Assembly (NCBI GenBank): GCA_041640595.1 | Contig: JBEPZY010000004.1 | Location: 194,373-258,372, forward strand | DNA: 64,000 nucleotides | Direction of reading: 5' to 3' | DNA from: Gemmatales bacterium | GTDB lineage: Bacteria > Planctomycetota > Planctomycetia > Gemmatales > HRBIN36 | In this document: one piece after another, positions 39,732 to 48,828 of the stretch | Layout: each line of letters opens with the position of its first letter | Numbering within the stretch: the stretch's first letter is position 1 | The notes under the pieces: model-generated | Database searches by the model: none | Told to the model about the DNA's origin: nothing | What the model saw: the letters and a program-made list of their open reading frames with translations, nothing else | Program-made: the position numbers and the translations under genes

Positions 39732-40436
39732 TCAATAAGGCTTAGACTTTTTGTCCCCACCGGCACTATCAGGCTGAGGTTGACGGAATAGCATACTGGA
39801 AAACTGCAAGTCTATCTTTGGCGGCTTAAAGTTCGCTCTGGTCCCAATGATCTCAAACGGCTGAAGAACCTCGAATTTGGATTCCAAGATCAAAGTTCCG
39901 GGCATCTTCAGAACTTCTCCTAGGTATTGATAATGCGGCGGCACCTTATGAACCACTACCGATATTTCATAACGGATTTGCCCGCCCGCACGTGGCGGAT
40001 TTTCTTCGTTATTGATCACCAGGCTCTTAACATGAACGTCCATCCGCCTGTGATGGATCACTTTTCCTTTACCCAGCCCAAAAGTGGACCCGTCCACCAC
40101 TCGGCCGTTGCTCACAGTTCCCACCGCGGTTGCAGCCAGGGTGTCGATCTTCCATCGCATATCTTTGTTGTCGAAATGATAAAAAATGCGAAAGGATACC
40201 TTCGCTTCCTTTCGTAGCCAGTCAAGGCCCGACTCAGCAGCTAATCTATTACTTGATTCCGGCACATTTCTGGCAACCTTGTTAAGATGCTCCCATAGTT
40301 CGTCCGATGGCGCGTAAACGACGTTACCTGACGCCCTTACTTGTTCTGCCCAGCTGAATTGCCGCGGCGTCGGCCACGCGAAGATCGTTGCACAAATCAA
40401 CATGAGGCAACACTCAACGGCTTTCTTGGTCCGCAT
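39732..40436 (-). CDS. Secreted hypothetical protein, candidate immunity protein
   Basis: AGGAGA RBS, signal-like N-terminus, low GC, in an operon after an orphan toxin tip. Confidence 0.65.
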   Translation of the reverse strand: MRTKKAVECCLMLICATIFAWPTPRQFSWAEQVRASGNVVYAPSDELWEHLNKVARNVPESSNRLAAESGLDWLRKEAKVSFRIFYHFDNKDMRWKIDTLAATAVGTVSNGRVVDGSTFGLGKGKVIHHRRMDVHVKSLVINNEENPPRAGGQIRYEISVVVHKVPPHYQYLGEVLKMPGTLILESKFEVLQPFEIIGTRANFKPPKIDLQFSSMLFRQPQPDSAGGDKKSKPY

Positions 40437-40484
40437 GTTTTCTCCTTTCACATTAGCCGCCTACCGGTTGGAGGCTCATGGTGG

Positions 40485-41435
40485 TTACTTCTGTATTTTT
40501 TCGGCCCGCCACTTGTTCGGCCCCTCACGAATGAGTTTATGGTGGTCCAGAGAAATTTCCCAGCGTTTATGCTCGTGGCTCCAATTGATAAACCACCTGT
40601 CCGACAAACGCAGGAGTGGTACCTCGGCGGTGCCCTTTCCTTCCACAATTGTGTTTCGCGGCTCGACTAAGTAGTACCCGGACGGCGCAGGACGAACCCA
40701 GGGAGTTTCCGGGAACCTCTTCTTCACGAAGTCTTTGTCCTTGTCCTTCAAAACCGAAACATTGACCAGTTCTCCTGGATTTAGTTCCGATGGCAGTTTG
40801 AAATCAAGAGCCGCCCCGTAACCAGATTTACCGCGTTGTACACGAGCAATCGGGATTGTTAATGCAGCCCGCGCATCCTTGTTGGGGTCGAACTCCCAAA
40901 ACTCCAGCATTTCCGGCAAATCTGGATCTCTTGCATACTCAGAAGCTATGTACCAAGCGACAGGCCCAGCAACTTCCGTAGCGGGGAACAGGAACCCTGC
41001 GGGTCGAATGCAGAAGATGGCGCCCTTGCCAGCTTTGTGATCTACCTCGATGTGCCACCACCACAGAAGAGGGTTTGCGCGGTTTGTATTTGATAATCGA
41101 ACCAGGTCCTTCACTGTAATCCAGACGTCTTTATCTCCACGGCGCAACCAGAGCATAAGGTAGGGCCACATATACGGGCACCCGTCGCCTGTAATATCAA
41201 CGGTAAAATACTATGCGAATAATTCGTAACGTTCTCCTGATTGACTGCCCTTGAAGACCCGTAAGGGCTGAAGGTCTTCTCCCCAAAGAACCTCAAAGTC
41301 TGGCTGAGTAACCGGTGGCCTTGTTTCCTGAGGCTTGCTTTGCTGGTTATGGTTCTCAGTTCTTAACTCCTGCGTCAAGAGCAAAACAAGCCCGGGGATT
41401 AGAAATGCCTTCCACCAAATCTTTGGCCTAGCCAT
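40485..41435 (-). pseudogene. Secreted candidate immunity gene with one in-frame TAG (41211-41213)
   Basis: ORFs 41211-41435 and 40485-41171 share a frame: ELFA*YFTVDITGDGCPYMWPY; GGAGG RBS. Confidence 0.7.
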
Positions 41436-41458
41436 AGCTTGGCCTCCGTAGGAAAATT

Positions 41459-41890
41459 TTAGGACCCTGGTCGTGGCTCATCGGTAAACCAGGTTAGCCT
41501 TATCCCCTCCTTCTTGGGACGGAAAAATACCAACAATTCGCCTTTGGGAGACCGCGTCTCGAAGTATGCGGCGCCCAGAGCGGTCCGTTCCCAATCTTCC
41601 GCGCTAGCAAATGGACCCGCCCCATAAGAAGGATCGTAGTACTTCCCGTTATATTTGACAACTGCGCGATTAACAAACACTTGCTTATTGATTGGCTTGT
41701 TATTGTCGCCCTGGACAGGTATAGAGCCCTGGGCATCGCTTGGCTTGACAGGACCTTGAGGATTATTCAGGTCGAAAGGCACCGTTTGAAGTCCTACATA
41801 ACACGCATAGCCTTGGGGAGGCGGAGGAAGATTGAGCTGCTGCGGTTGCGTTTAAAAGGAAACCACTTTCTCCGTCGCAAAAATGTTTGC
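41459..41890 (-). pseudogene. Orphan transglutaminase-like toxin tip, homologous to the 12611-14171 C-terminus
   Basis: VFVNRAVVKYNGKYYDPSYGAGPFASAEDWERTAL aligns with AFANHFVVRVADAYYDPSYGGGPYSTENEWENAAL. Confidence 0.75.
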
Positions 41891-42177
41891 GTGTGAAAGC
41901 AAACGGGTCGCGGGGGTGAATGTTGGCGGCAAGGGCGATAACGAACGGTCACGCTGGTTTGCTTTGCAGAATGATCAGCAGTCAACGAATTCCTTGCCTC
42001 AGCTCCTTGATTGCCGTGGGGGCCGCAGCGGATTATCGTAATTTCAACCGGCACGGTGCAGGACTACTGCGTACATTGATTGTCTGGGACGCAGGAAAGT
42101 ATCGTAATTTCAACTGGCTCCGACGGTCGCGGATTCGGCAAGCCAGTATTTGGAACATTCTCGATGGAGAAAGGGCC

Positions 42178-43620
42178 ATGAGACGTCTGGCGATTTATTC
42201 GCTGCTGACGGGCGTGTGGGTAATGGCGGGTGATGTGATAAGCGCGGCAGAGCGGCCCAACTTTGTGCTGATCACCTGCGAGGACATTTCGCCGAACCTC
42301 GGCTGTTACGGTGATCCAGACGCGATCACACCTAACTTAGATCGCCTGGCTGCTCAGGGGGCACGCTTCACGCGTGCGTTCACCCATGCGCCGGTTTGTG
42401 CACCGTCGCGTTCGGGAATCATCACCGGCATGTACCCGACGACACTGGGAACTCACCACATGCGTTCCAAGCTGACGCGAACGCCGCCGCTATTTACGGA
42501 TTATCTGCGTAAGGCCGGTTATCGTGTCATCTGGCCGGCTCAGGGCGGCATTGGCAAAACGGATTTCAACTTCGATGTCCCCAAAGGATGGGTGGATGTT
42601 CAGGTGGATTGGACGCGCCAACCGGAAGTGCTGCAACCGCCGTTTTTCGCTATTTACAACATCACGGTCACGCATGAAAGCCAGGTGCGTGCGAGCCGGT
42701 ATCAGTACGTTCGCAACACCGCCCGCCTCAAACCGGAGCAACGCCACGATCCGAACAAAGTCCGCATTCCGCCATACTATCCGGACACCTGGGCAGTGCG
42801 CGATTGTGTTGCTGTCTATCACGACAACATTACCGCGATGGACTATATCGTCGGCGACATCTTGAAGTTGCTGGAGGAAAAGAAGCTGGTCCAAAACACG
42901 ATCGTGATTTTCTATAGCGACCACGGTGCCGGTTTGCCCCGCTGCAAGCGCTGGCCCTACGATAGCGGTTTGCATGTGCCGTTGTTAGTTCGCTGGCCGG
43001 GAGTGATACCGCCCGGCACGGTGCGCGACGATCTGGTCGCCCTGCTGGATATTGCTCCGACTCTGCTAGCACTGGCCGGTGTGGAACCGCCGAACTATAT
43101 GCACGGGCGAATATTTCTAGGGCCTAACACTCAACCCGAACCGCAGTACTTATTCGCCGCCCGCGACCGCATGGACGAAGCCTACGACCGCATCCGTTCC
43201 GTCCGCGATCGCCGTTACCGCTATATTCGCAACTTCCATCCCGAACTGCCCTACATGCAGTACATCAACTACATGGACGAAATGCCCATTATGCGGGACT
43301 GGCGACGGTTGGCTTTTGAAGGTCGGCTCAATCCGACGCAAAAGTTGTTTATGAGCCGCACTAAGCCGAAAGAAGAACTCTACGACCTCGACAACGATCC
43401 TTACGAAATCAACAACCTGGCTCAGTCGCCACAGCATCAGGAGATCTTGCAACGAATGCGCGCCGCCCTGGATCGCTGGATCGCCGAGACGAAAGACCTC
43501 GGCGAGATACCCGAACAAGAACTCATCCGCCGCGGTATCGTGCATGATGTTTTGTCCAAGGAATACGAAGCCCGCCGCAAACTCCACCCCAAAACCCCTC
43601 CCGTCCCGCAAGACGATTGA
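42178..43620 (+). CDS. Sulfatase (formylglycine-dependent)
   Basis: RPNFVLITCED, CAPSRSGIITG and SDHG motifs; signal peptide. Confidence 0.95.
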   Translation: MRRLAIYSLLTGVWVMAGDVISAAERPNFVLITCEDISPNLGCYGDPDAITPNLDRLAAQGARFTRAFTHAPVCAPSRSGIITGMYPTTLGTHHMRSKLTRTPPLFTDYLRKAGYRVIWPAQGGIGKTDFNFDVPKGWVDVQVDWTRQPEVLQPPFFAIYNITVTHESQVRASRYQYVRNTARLKPEQRHDPNKVRIPPYYPDTWAVRDCVAVYHDNITAMDYIVGDILKLLEEKKLVQNTIVIFYSDHGAGLPRCKRWPYDSGLHVPLLVRWPGVIPPGTVRDDLVALLDIAPTLLALAGVEPPNYMHGRIFLGPNTQPEPQYLFAARDRMDEAYDRIRSVRDRRYRYIRNFHPELPYMQYINYMDEMPIMRDWRRLAFEGRLNPTQKLFMSRTKPKEELYDLDNDPYEINNLAQSPQHQEILQRMRAALDRWIAETKDLGEIPEQELIRRGIVHDVLSKEYEARRKLHPKTPPVPQDD

Positions 43621-43645
43621 CCCGTGCGATAAGACTGCCGTAAAT

Positions 43646-43906
43646 AGGAACGCATAGCATTCCGAGCACAAGATAACTGGTTGCAGGAACGTAAAAACGA
43701 AATTGTGGGTGTAGCGTAACAGAGATGCATAGCATTGCAAGCACAAGATAACTGGCCGGAGGAACGTAAGAACGAAATTGCGGGTGTGGCGTAACAGGGA
43801 TGCATAGCGTTGCAAGCACAAGATAACTGGTTGCAGGAACGTAAGAACGAAATGGTGGGCGTGGCGTAACAAGGACGCATAGCATTCCGAGCGCAAAATA
43901 ACTCGT
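43646..43906. repeat. 75-nt tandem repeat, 3 units plus a terminal ~36-nt part-unit
   Basis: GCATAGC starts at 43652, 43727, 43802 and 43877. Confidence 0.9.
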
Positions 43907-43925
43907 GCGAATTACGCAGGCCGCA

Positions 43926-44218
43926 GTTCCAATCCCACCGGCATGATGGCAGGTATCTTAGTTTGTGCGCAGGCTCCGGTCGCTGTACGGTGCGGAATGT
44001 TTCAATCCCACCGGCGTGATGGCAGGTCTGTTGGTTTGTGCGCAGACTCCGGTCGCTCTAGGGTGCGGAATGTTTCAATCCCACCGGCATGATGGCAGGT
44101 ATCTTAGTTTGTGCGCAGGCTCCGGTCGCTGTACGGTGCGGAATGTTTCAATCCCACCGGCATGACGGCAGGTATGCTAGTGATCGGGTTGAGCAGCCGT
44201 AACTCGCCAGCCTCGTAG
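43926..44218 (+). repeat. 73-nt-period array with a CRISPR-like 37-nt repeat (GTTTCAATCCC...); three near-identical spacers, then one unique 37-nt spacer
   Basis: Repeat starts at 43926, 43999, 44072 and 44145; unique segment 44182-44218. Confidence 0.85.
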
Positions 44219-44700
44219 GTTTCCATACCGACAGCACGTTCACCTATACACCGAACACGCACTATGTTGGCCCGGATAGCTTCACCTATACCTGGTCGGA
44301 TGGCCTGACTACCGGCAACACCGCCGCCGTCACTATAGATGTGTACAACAACGCGCCGTATGCCTACGATGCCAGCTTCAGCGTATTGGATGATCACGAA
44401 CCGACCGGCTACTATAGGTGGAGGTCTGCCCAGCTGGGCGCCATGCAGAGTTTCAGTGTATTGCACGACCGCGAGTTAGTCGGCCAGCTCCCTGTACGGC
44501 TATGATGCCGATGGCGATGCTATCACCGTGCCAATGCTTTCAAGCCCCGGCGTTTTCTCGGCGTAATCAGCCTCCGGCCCCACCAACGGGCCGGACCAAC
44601 GGTACACTAACACTCAATCCTGACGGCAGCCTTACCTATACATCGAACACGCACTATGTTGGAACGGATAGTTTCACCTATACCTGATTGGCTGGGTTGC
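44219..44700 (+). pseudogene. Isolated Big_9 stalk fragment, an inverted close copy of 14449-14786
   Basis: Same repeat DNA including the same 75-nt and 33-nt insertions; frameshifts and stops. Confidence 0.85.
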
Positions 44701-44886
44701 TAACAGGCGAAGCGGCTAAGATTCTGAATCGCCGCTGGTGGTGGTAAGTTTTTCGAGGTCGGGGGATGGGATTGAGCTTGCCGATTTTGGCGGGTGAGGT
44801 GGCTTAACAAATCCTGCGGGTGTGCATTGCGATACGTGAGGCGGGCAGACGGTTTGCTCCATGCCGACCAGCAGCGCATAATTGCC

Positions 44887-45212
44887 GCAGAGCGGGTGCT
44901 GGTCGGTTGGCATCACGCCGACACCGAACAACCTGGAATAGAGGAACCATAGCGCTGAGGCAGAGCGGGTGCTGGTCGGTTGGCATCACGCCGACACGGC
45001 AGAACCTGTAAGAGCCGAACCATAGTGCTGAGGCAGAACGGGTGCTGGTCGGTTGGCATGACGCCGACACCGAACAACCTGGAATAGAGGAACCATAGTG
45101 CTGAGTCAGAGCGGGTGCTGGTCGGTTGGCATCACGCCGACACGGCACAACCTGGAGGAGAGGAACCATAGTGCTGAGACAAAGCGGGTGCTGGTCGGTT
45201 GGCGTCAGGCCG
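44887..45212. repeat. 73-nt tandem repeat, 4 units plus a ~34-nt part-unit
   Basis: AGCGGGTGCTGGTCGGTTGGC-like units start at about 44887, 44960, 45033, 45106 and 45179. Confidence 0.9.
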
Positions 45213-45228
45213 TGAAGGAGAGTGCAGG

Positions 45229-45444
45229 ATGCGCTGGATGCTGAGCTTGCTCGTGATAATTCTGGTCGGTTGTCGCACCATTGTCGGTCCGCTGGAACCG
45301 CGACGGGCAGAGCGTGCCGATGATCCCTTGCTCAGCACGCAGGAGCAGGCCCGACGAAGCCGGTATCTGTATGCGTTTCCGGATACGGAACTGGGCCCGC
45401 GATCTGGTCCGGAACGTCCCATTGCGGCAGCTCCGGCTCCGTAA
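45229..45444 (+). CDS. Small lipoprotein
   Basis: AAGGAG RBS; MRWMLSLLVIILVGC lipobox. Confidence 0.75.
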   Translation: MRWMLSLLVIILVGCRTIVGPLEPRRAERADDPLLSTQEQARRSRYLYAFPDTELGPRSGPERPIAAAPAP

Positions 45445-45725
45445 ATAAGCGAATGTTCTGGCCGCGAATATACGACCGTTGCGTCCGCTAAGTTTGGCAT
45501 GGCCTTCTGACTCAGTTAACGGGCGTTGCGAATGGCATTTGTGCGAAGGTGTGGTTGCAGGGGGTCTTTGGGGAGTTTCCGTGGGCAGGTGGTGCGAGCA
45601 TTTCGCATGGTACCGCAGAGCACTGCGGTTGCTATAACAATTGCGCTGATGGAGCGGTGAGGCGACGTGCGGGAGGGCGGAACAGGCGGCACAGCTTTCG
45701 GTGTGGGTAACTCTGGAGGTGCACC

Positions 45726-46145
45726 ATGCTGGCCAGGCATAGCGCGGTCGTCCTGCTGGGGGTGCTGATTTGCGGTTCTGGCTGTCAGTCGCCCGAACAT
45801 CAGGCGCTGGAACCGCTGCCGGCCAATGCTCCACCCCTTGCCTACCCGGAACTGGTAGAACGTGCCCGACGGCAAGTTTGGGCGGCTCAGGAGATATTTT
45901 ATCGCGACGAATGGGACCAACTGGTCAAGGCGGCGGAGACTCTCGGCCAGACGGCACAACAGCTGGCCCAGTTTCGAGCCGACCAGGTGCCGGCACGGTG
46001 TCGGGAACTGTGGCCGAAACCGGTCGAGGAATTCCGTTCCGCGGCCACGCAACTGCAGCAACACGCTCGCCAGCGCGATGCCATTCTTGCCGCCGGGGAT
46101 TTCCAACGCCTGCACCTGGCCCTCAAGCAAATTCGCCCGGAATAG
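45726..46145 (+). CDS. Helical lipoprotein, hypothetical
   Basis: GGAGGT RBS; lipobox GSGC. Confidence 0.75.
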   Translation: MLARHSAVVLLGVLICGSGCQSPEHQALEPLPANAPPLAYPELVERARRQVWAAQEIFYRDEWDQLVKAAETLGQTAQQLAQFRADQVPARCRELWPKPVEEFRSAATQLQQHARQRDAILAAGDFQRLHLALKQIRPE

Positions 46146-46476
46146 GCGCGAAAAGCAATTGGCCGGCACGCTGGGCGCAACTCTGGCCAGCTCTGTTGTC
46201 GGGCGGGGTCGCGCTGAAACAAAACTGCCCCGGCAGCGGAAGGCGTTGCCCCAGCAGATCGCGGATCAGGCAGCGCCCCAATCACCGTCGCATATTCGCC
46301 ATTCCGCATTCCCCGTGGGCTTTACTCAAGTGCACCGCGAAAGAATACCCGGCCCTGACCAGGGCGCCAGCGATTTTGACGCTCGAACCGAGCACGCTCA
46401 TGCCGAGGGAAAGACCTGATGGCCGGCATTTCGGCAGTATGATTTGTATGCAAGAAGCATGGAACGGAGGCTATCT

Positions 46477-46746
46477 GTGAAGGTGCGACCGATTCTGCCG
46501 TTCTGGTTTCGCCAGCGGCAAATCCAGGCGGAGCCCGTTGGCGAGAACGCTTTACGCTTGCAGGGGCCCAACCTGCCACCGTGCGAAGTGCGAATCGAGC
46601 CGGGCGAAAATGGCAACTGGCGAGGATTAGTCGTTCGACTGGACGGCGAGCTCCAGGTCATCGCCAGCGGTACCGCCGTCGAACCACATCCCCAGTCCGC
46701 CTGGCAACTGGCTTTCGAACTCTACCGCAAATCGGTCGTCAACTGA
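46477..46746 (+). CDS. Hypothetical protein
   Basis: GGAGG RBS before GTG; host-like codon usage. Confidence 0.6.
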   Translation: MKVRPILPFWFRQRQIQAEPVGENALRLQGPNLPPCEVRIEPGENGNWRGLVVRLDGELQVIASGTAVEPHPQSAWQLAFELYRKSVVN

Positions 46747-47029
46747 TCGGCAGGTGGAGGGGGAAGGTTCACGGGGTCAAAATCTTCCGGCGATTTGCTG
46801 CCTGTGGACGCATCCGCCCTTGCCAGAACCGTAGCCCGACTTACAATTACTTGCTGCAAGCCTATCACCGAACAACAATGTCCACGTGAAAATGCCGAAG
46901 GGCCGGGATGGTCGTTGCCGATCTCTACCTAACCCGGAAGAGGTCGGCCAGACCAGGGATGTAACCGGTCATTCCGGCTGCTGGTAACTGAACCCGACCA
47001 TCATCACCGAGACCAGCGCGAAATTGCTT

Positions 47030-47102
47030 GGGGGGTTAGCTCAGCTGGGAGAGCGCGTGAATGGCATTCACGAGGTCAGGGGTTCGAATCCCCTACCCTC
47101 CA
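47030..47102 (+). tRNA. tRNA-Ala (GGC)
   Basis: Cloverleaf with TAGCTCAG D-arm, CGTGA-ATGGCAT-TCACG anticodon arm, GGTTCGAATCC T-arm and a G3:U70 pair; CCA not encoded. Confidence 0.95.
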
Positions 47103-47913
47103 CTGCGTGGAGCGCTGGCATGTCGGAATCGCTGGGCCGTTCGTAAAACTGAGTGCGTTGCGATAGCGCGTACGGTTGGAGTTTCCTACGCCCGACTGCT
47201 CAGTGTGCCAAACTGTTGCGCCATCCTGTTGTGGCTGCCGGCAATACCAAGCCTGGCGTGGGGCTTGTTAGGGGAGAAACCATCCGCTGCTGCTGGTTAT
47301 CTCGAAGGACTGATTCCATTCAGGGCATGCCGCTGGCGTGTCGCTGGATGTGGCAGGCCGGCGGGAATTGGCACTGGCCACGTAGCCTGGTCCGTATCGC
47401 TGGGTTTGGTTAGTAGCATTGGCAAGCAGGGCAGGGCAAAGCGTGACGCGGAAAGCAGGCCTGACGCCAATCGCCAGGCAACCGCCCCATTTTCGGGATA
47501 ACCCCCTTCGAGCGATCGAAACGCGCTGGGACAGGCGGAGCAGTTCTGCAAGCAATCGGCCAATTTTCGGGATAACTTTCCCTTCTAACCTGCCGTACTT
47601 GCCTGACATTTCCATCCGTGCATCAGAGTTTCCGCAGGGGTAATCCCTTGGAAGTTAGAAAGTCGAAGTCGGAGGTTGGTTGCACACAACATGACTGCTC
47701 GGCCGAAGTGCGGGCATTACCGATAGGAACATGGAAGCGGACTCTGTTTTCGTGGACGAACATGCCCTCTCAAGTGGGGGCCTTATCGGGATAAGCAACT
47801 CGACGGTCAAATTGGCACAAGCTGGAGACGCGGTAGCTGGGATCGGTCTTCTTGCGGGATGTGTGCCCAGCGAGTGCTGGTCTGGATTTCGAGTTATTGG
47901 GATGGGAGCCGGC

Positions 47914-48828
47914 CTACTGGAGGACGTGTGAGAGGTTAATCGCTTCACCGCCGGCACGGGTGCTGAGTGCCTGATACACGCTCAAGCTAATCGTTTGCCG
48001 CAGGAAGTGCACTGAGCCATCCCCGAACAGGAATTGCGCTCCCTGCGGATGCGGTGCCACGACGTCGCGATCGTCGCTGTCAGGAGCGTTCGGCAAATGA
48101 CCGGTCTGGAACAGCACCATGTGAGCATGGTCATCTTCGGGGTCGGTAATTTCGCGGACGGCTCCAATCCAGGTAGTTTCGTAGTAAACATGCACGCCGT
48201 GACTGTGTTGTGTCAGGAAAGGCCCATTGATTCGCTCGCCGACGAAGAGTGTGTTGGAAGTGCCGTCGTGGACATCCTCGATACGGATTTTGCTGTTGCG
48301 GAAAAAGACACCGCGGTCGTCGTCCGGGTTGTCATCCATATCGCCCGGGCCGAAGGAGGCAACATAGCAAGCCATCGCGTATTGCTCTGAACCCATTTGC
48401 ACAAACTGATTGGCGGAGCGACCGTCGCTGGGGCACAGATAAATGCGCAGATGCTGAGTCCGAGCGGCAACGTTGGAGGCGCCCCAGATCGGTGCCTCCC
48501 ACTGGATTTGCCGATGCAGGGCGTCCTGTTCGACGTAAGGCAAAAGATGAGCAGCCCAGCCATGTCCCAGGGCGTTACCCTGCGGACTGTAGGCGTACAG
48601 GTAACCGGGCGGGAGTCGGCCAAAATCGTTGTGGTAGTTCATCAGGGCGATGCCGATCTGATGCAGGTTCGAACCACAGCGCATGCGGTTCATCGCTTCC
48701 CGCACCCGCTGAATGGCCGGCAGCAATAGCGCCATCAATAGTCCGATGATAGCGATCACCACCAGCAGTTCGATCAGGGTGAACGCCCGGCGTGGCCAAC
48801 CGTGTATATGCGGCCAGATCCCTGACAT
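47914..48828 (-). CDS. DUF1559 prepilin-type N-terminal cleavage/methylation protein
   Basis: AFTLIELLVVIAII, CPSD, DGTSNT and HPQGAQFLFGDGSV (H-X9-DG) motifs. Confidence 0.95.
   Translation of the reverse strand: MSGIWPHIHGWPRRAFTLIELLVVIAIIGLLMALLLPAIQRVREAMNRMRCGSNLHQIGIALMNYHNDFGRLPPGYLYAYSPQGNALGHGWAAHLLPYVEQDALHRQIQWEAPIWGASNVAARTQHLRIYLCPSDGRSANQFVQMGSEQYAMACYVASFGPGDMDDNPDDDRGVFFRNSKIRIEDVHDGTSNTLFVGERINGPFLTQHSHGVHVYYETTWIGAVREITDPEDDHAHMVLFQTGHLPNAPDSDDRDVVAPHPQGAQFLFGDGSVHFLRQTISLSVYQALSTRAGGEAINLSHVLQ

Noticed and set aside
43926..44218. Functional canonical CRISPR array
   Set aside because: Three of four spacers are near-identical, the repeats are degenerate, and no leader or cas genes are visible; kept only as a CRISPR-like repeat.
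43150..45169. Repetitive-peptide ORFs over the tandem arrays (e.g. 43150-43896, 44804-45169)
   Set aside because: Artefacts of DNA tandem repeats; partly antisense to the sulfatase and lacking an RBS.
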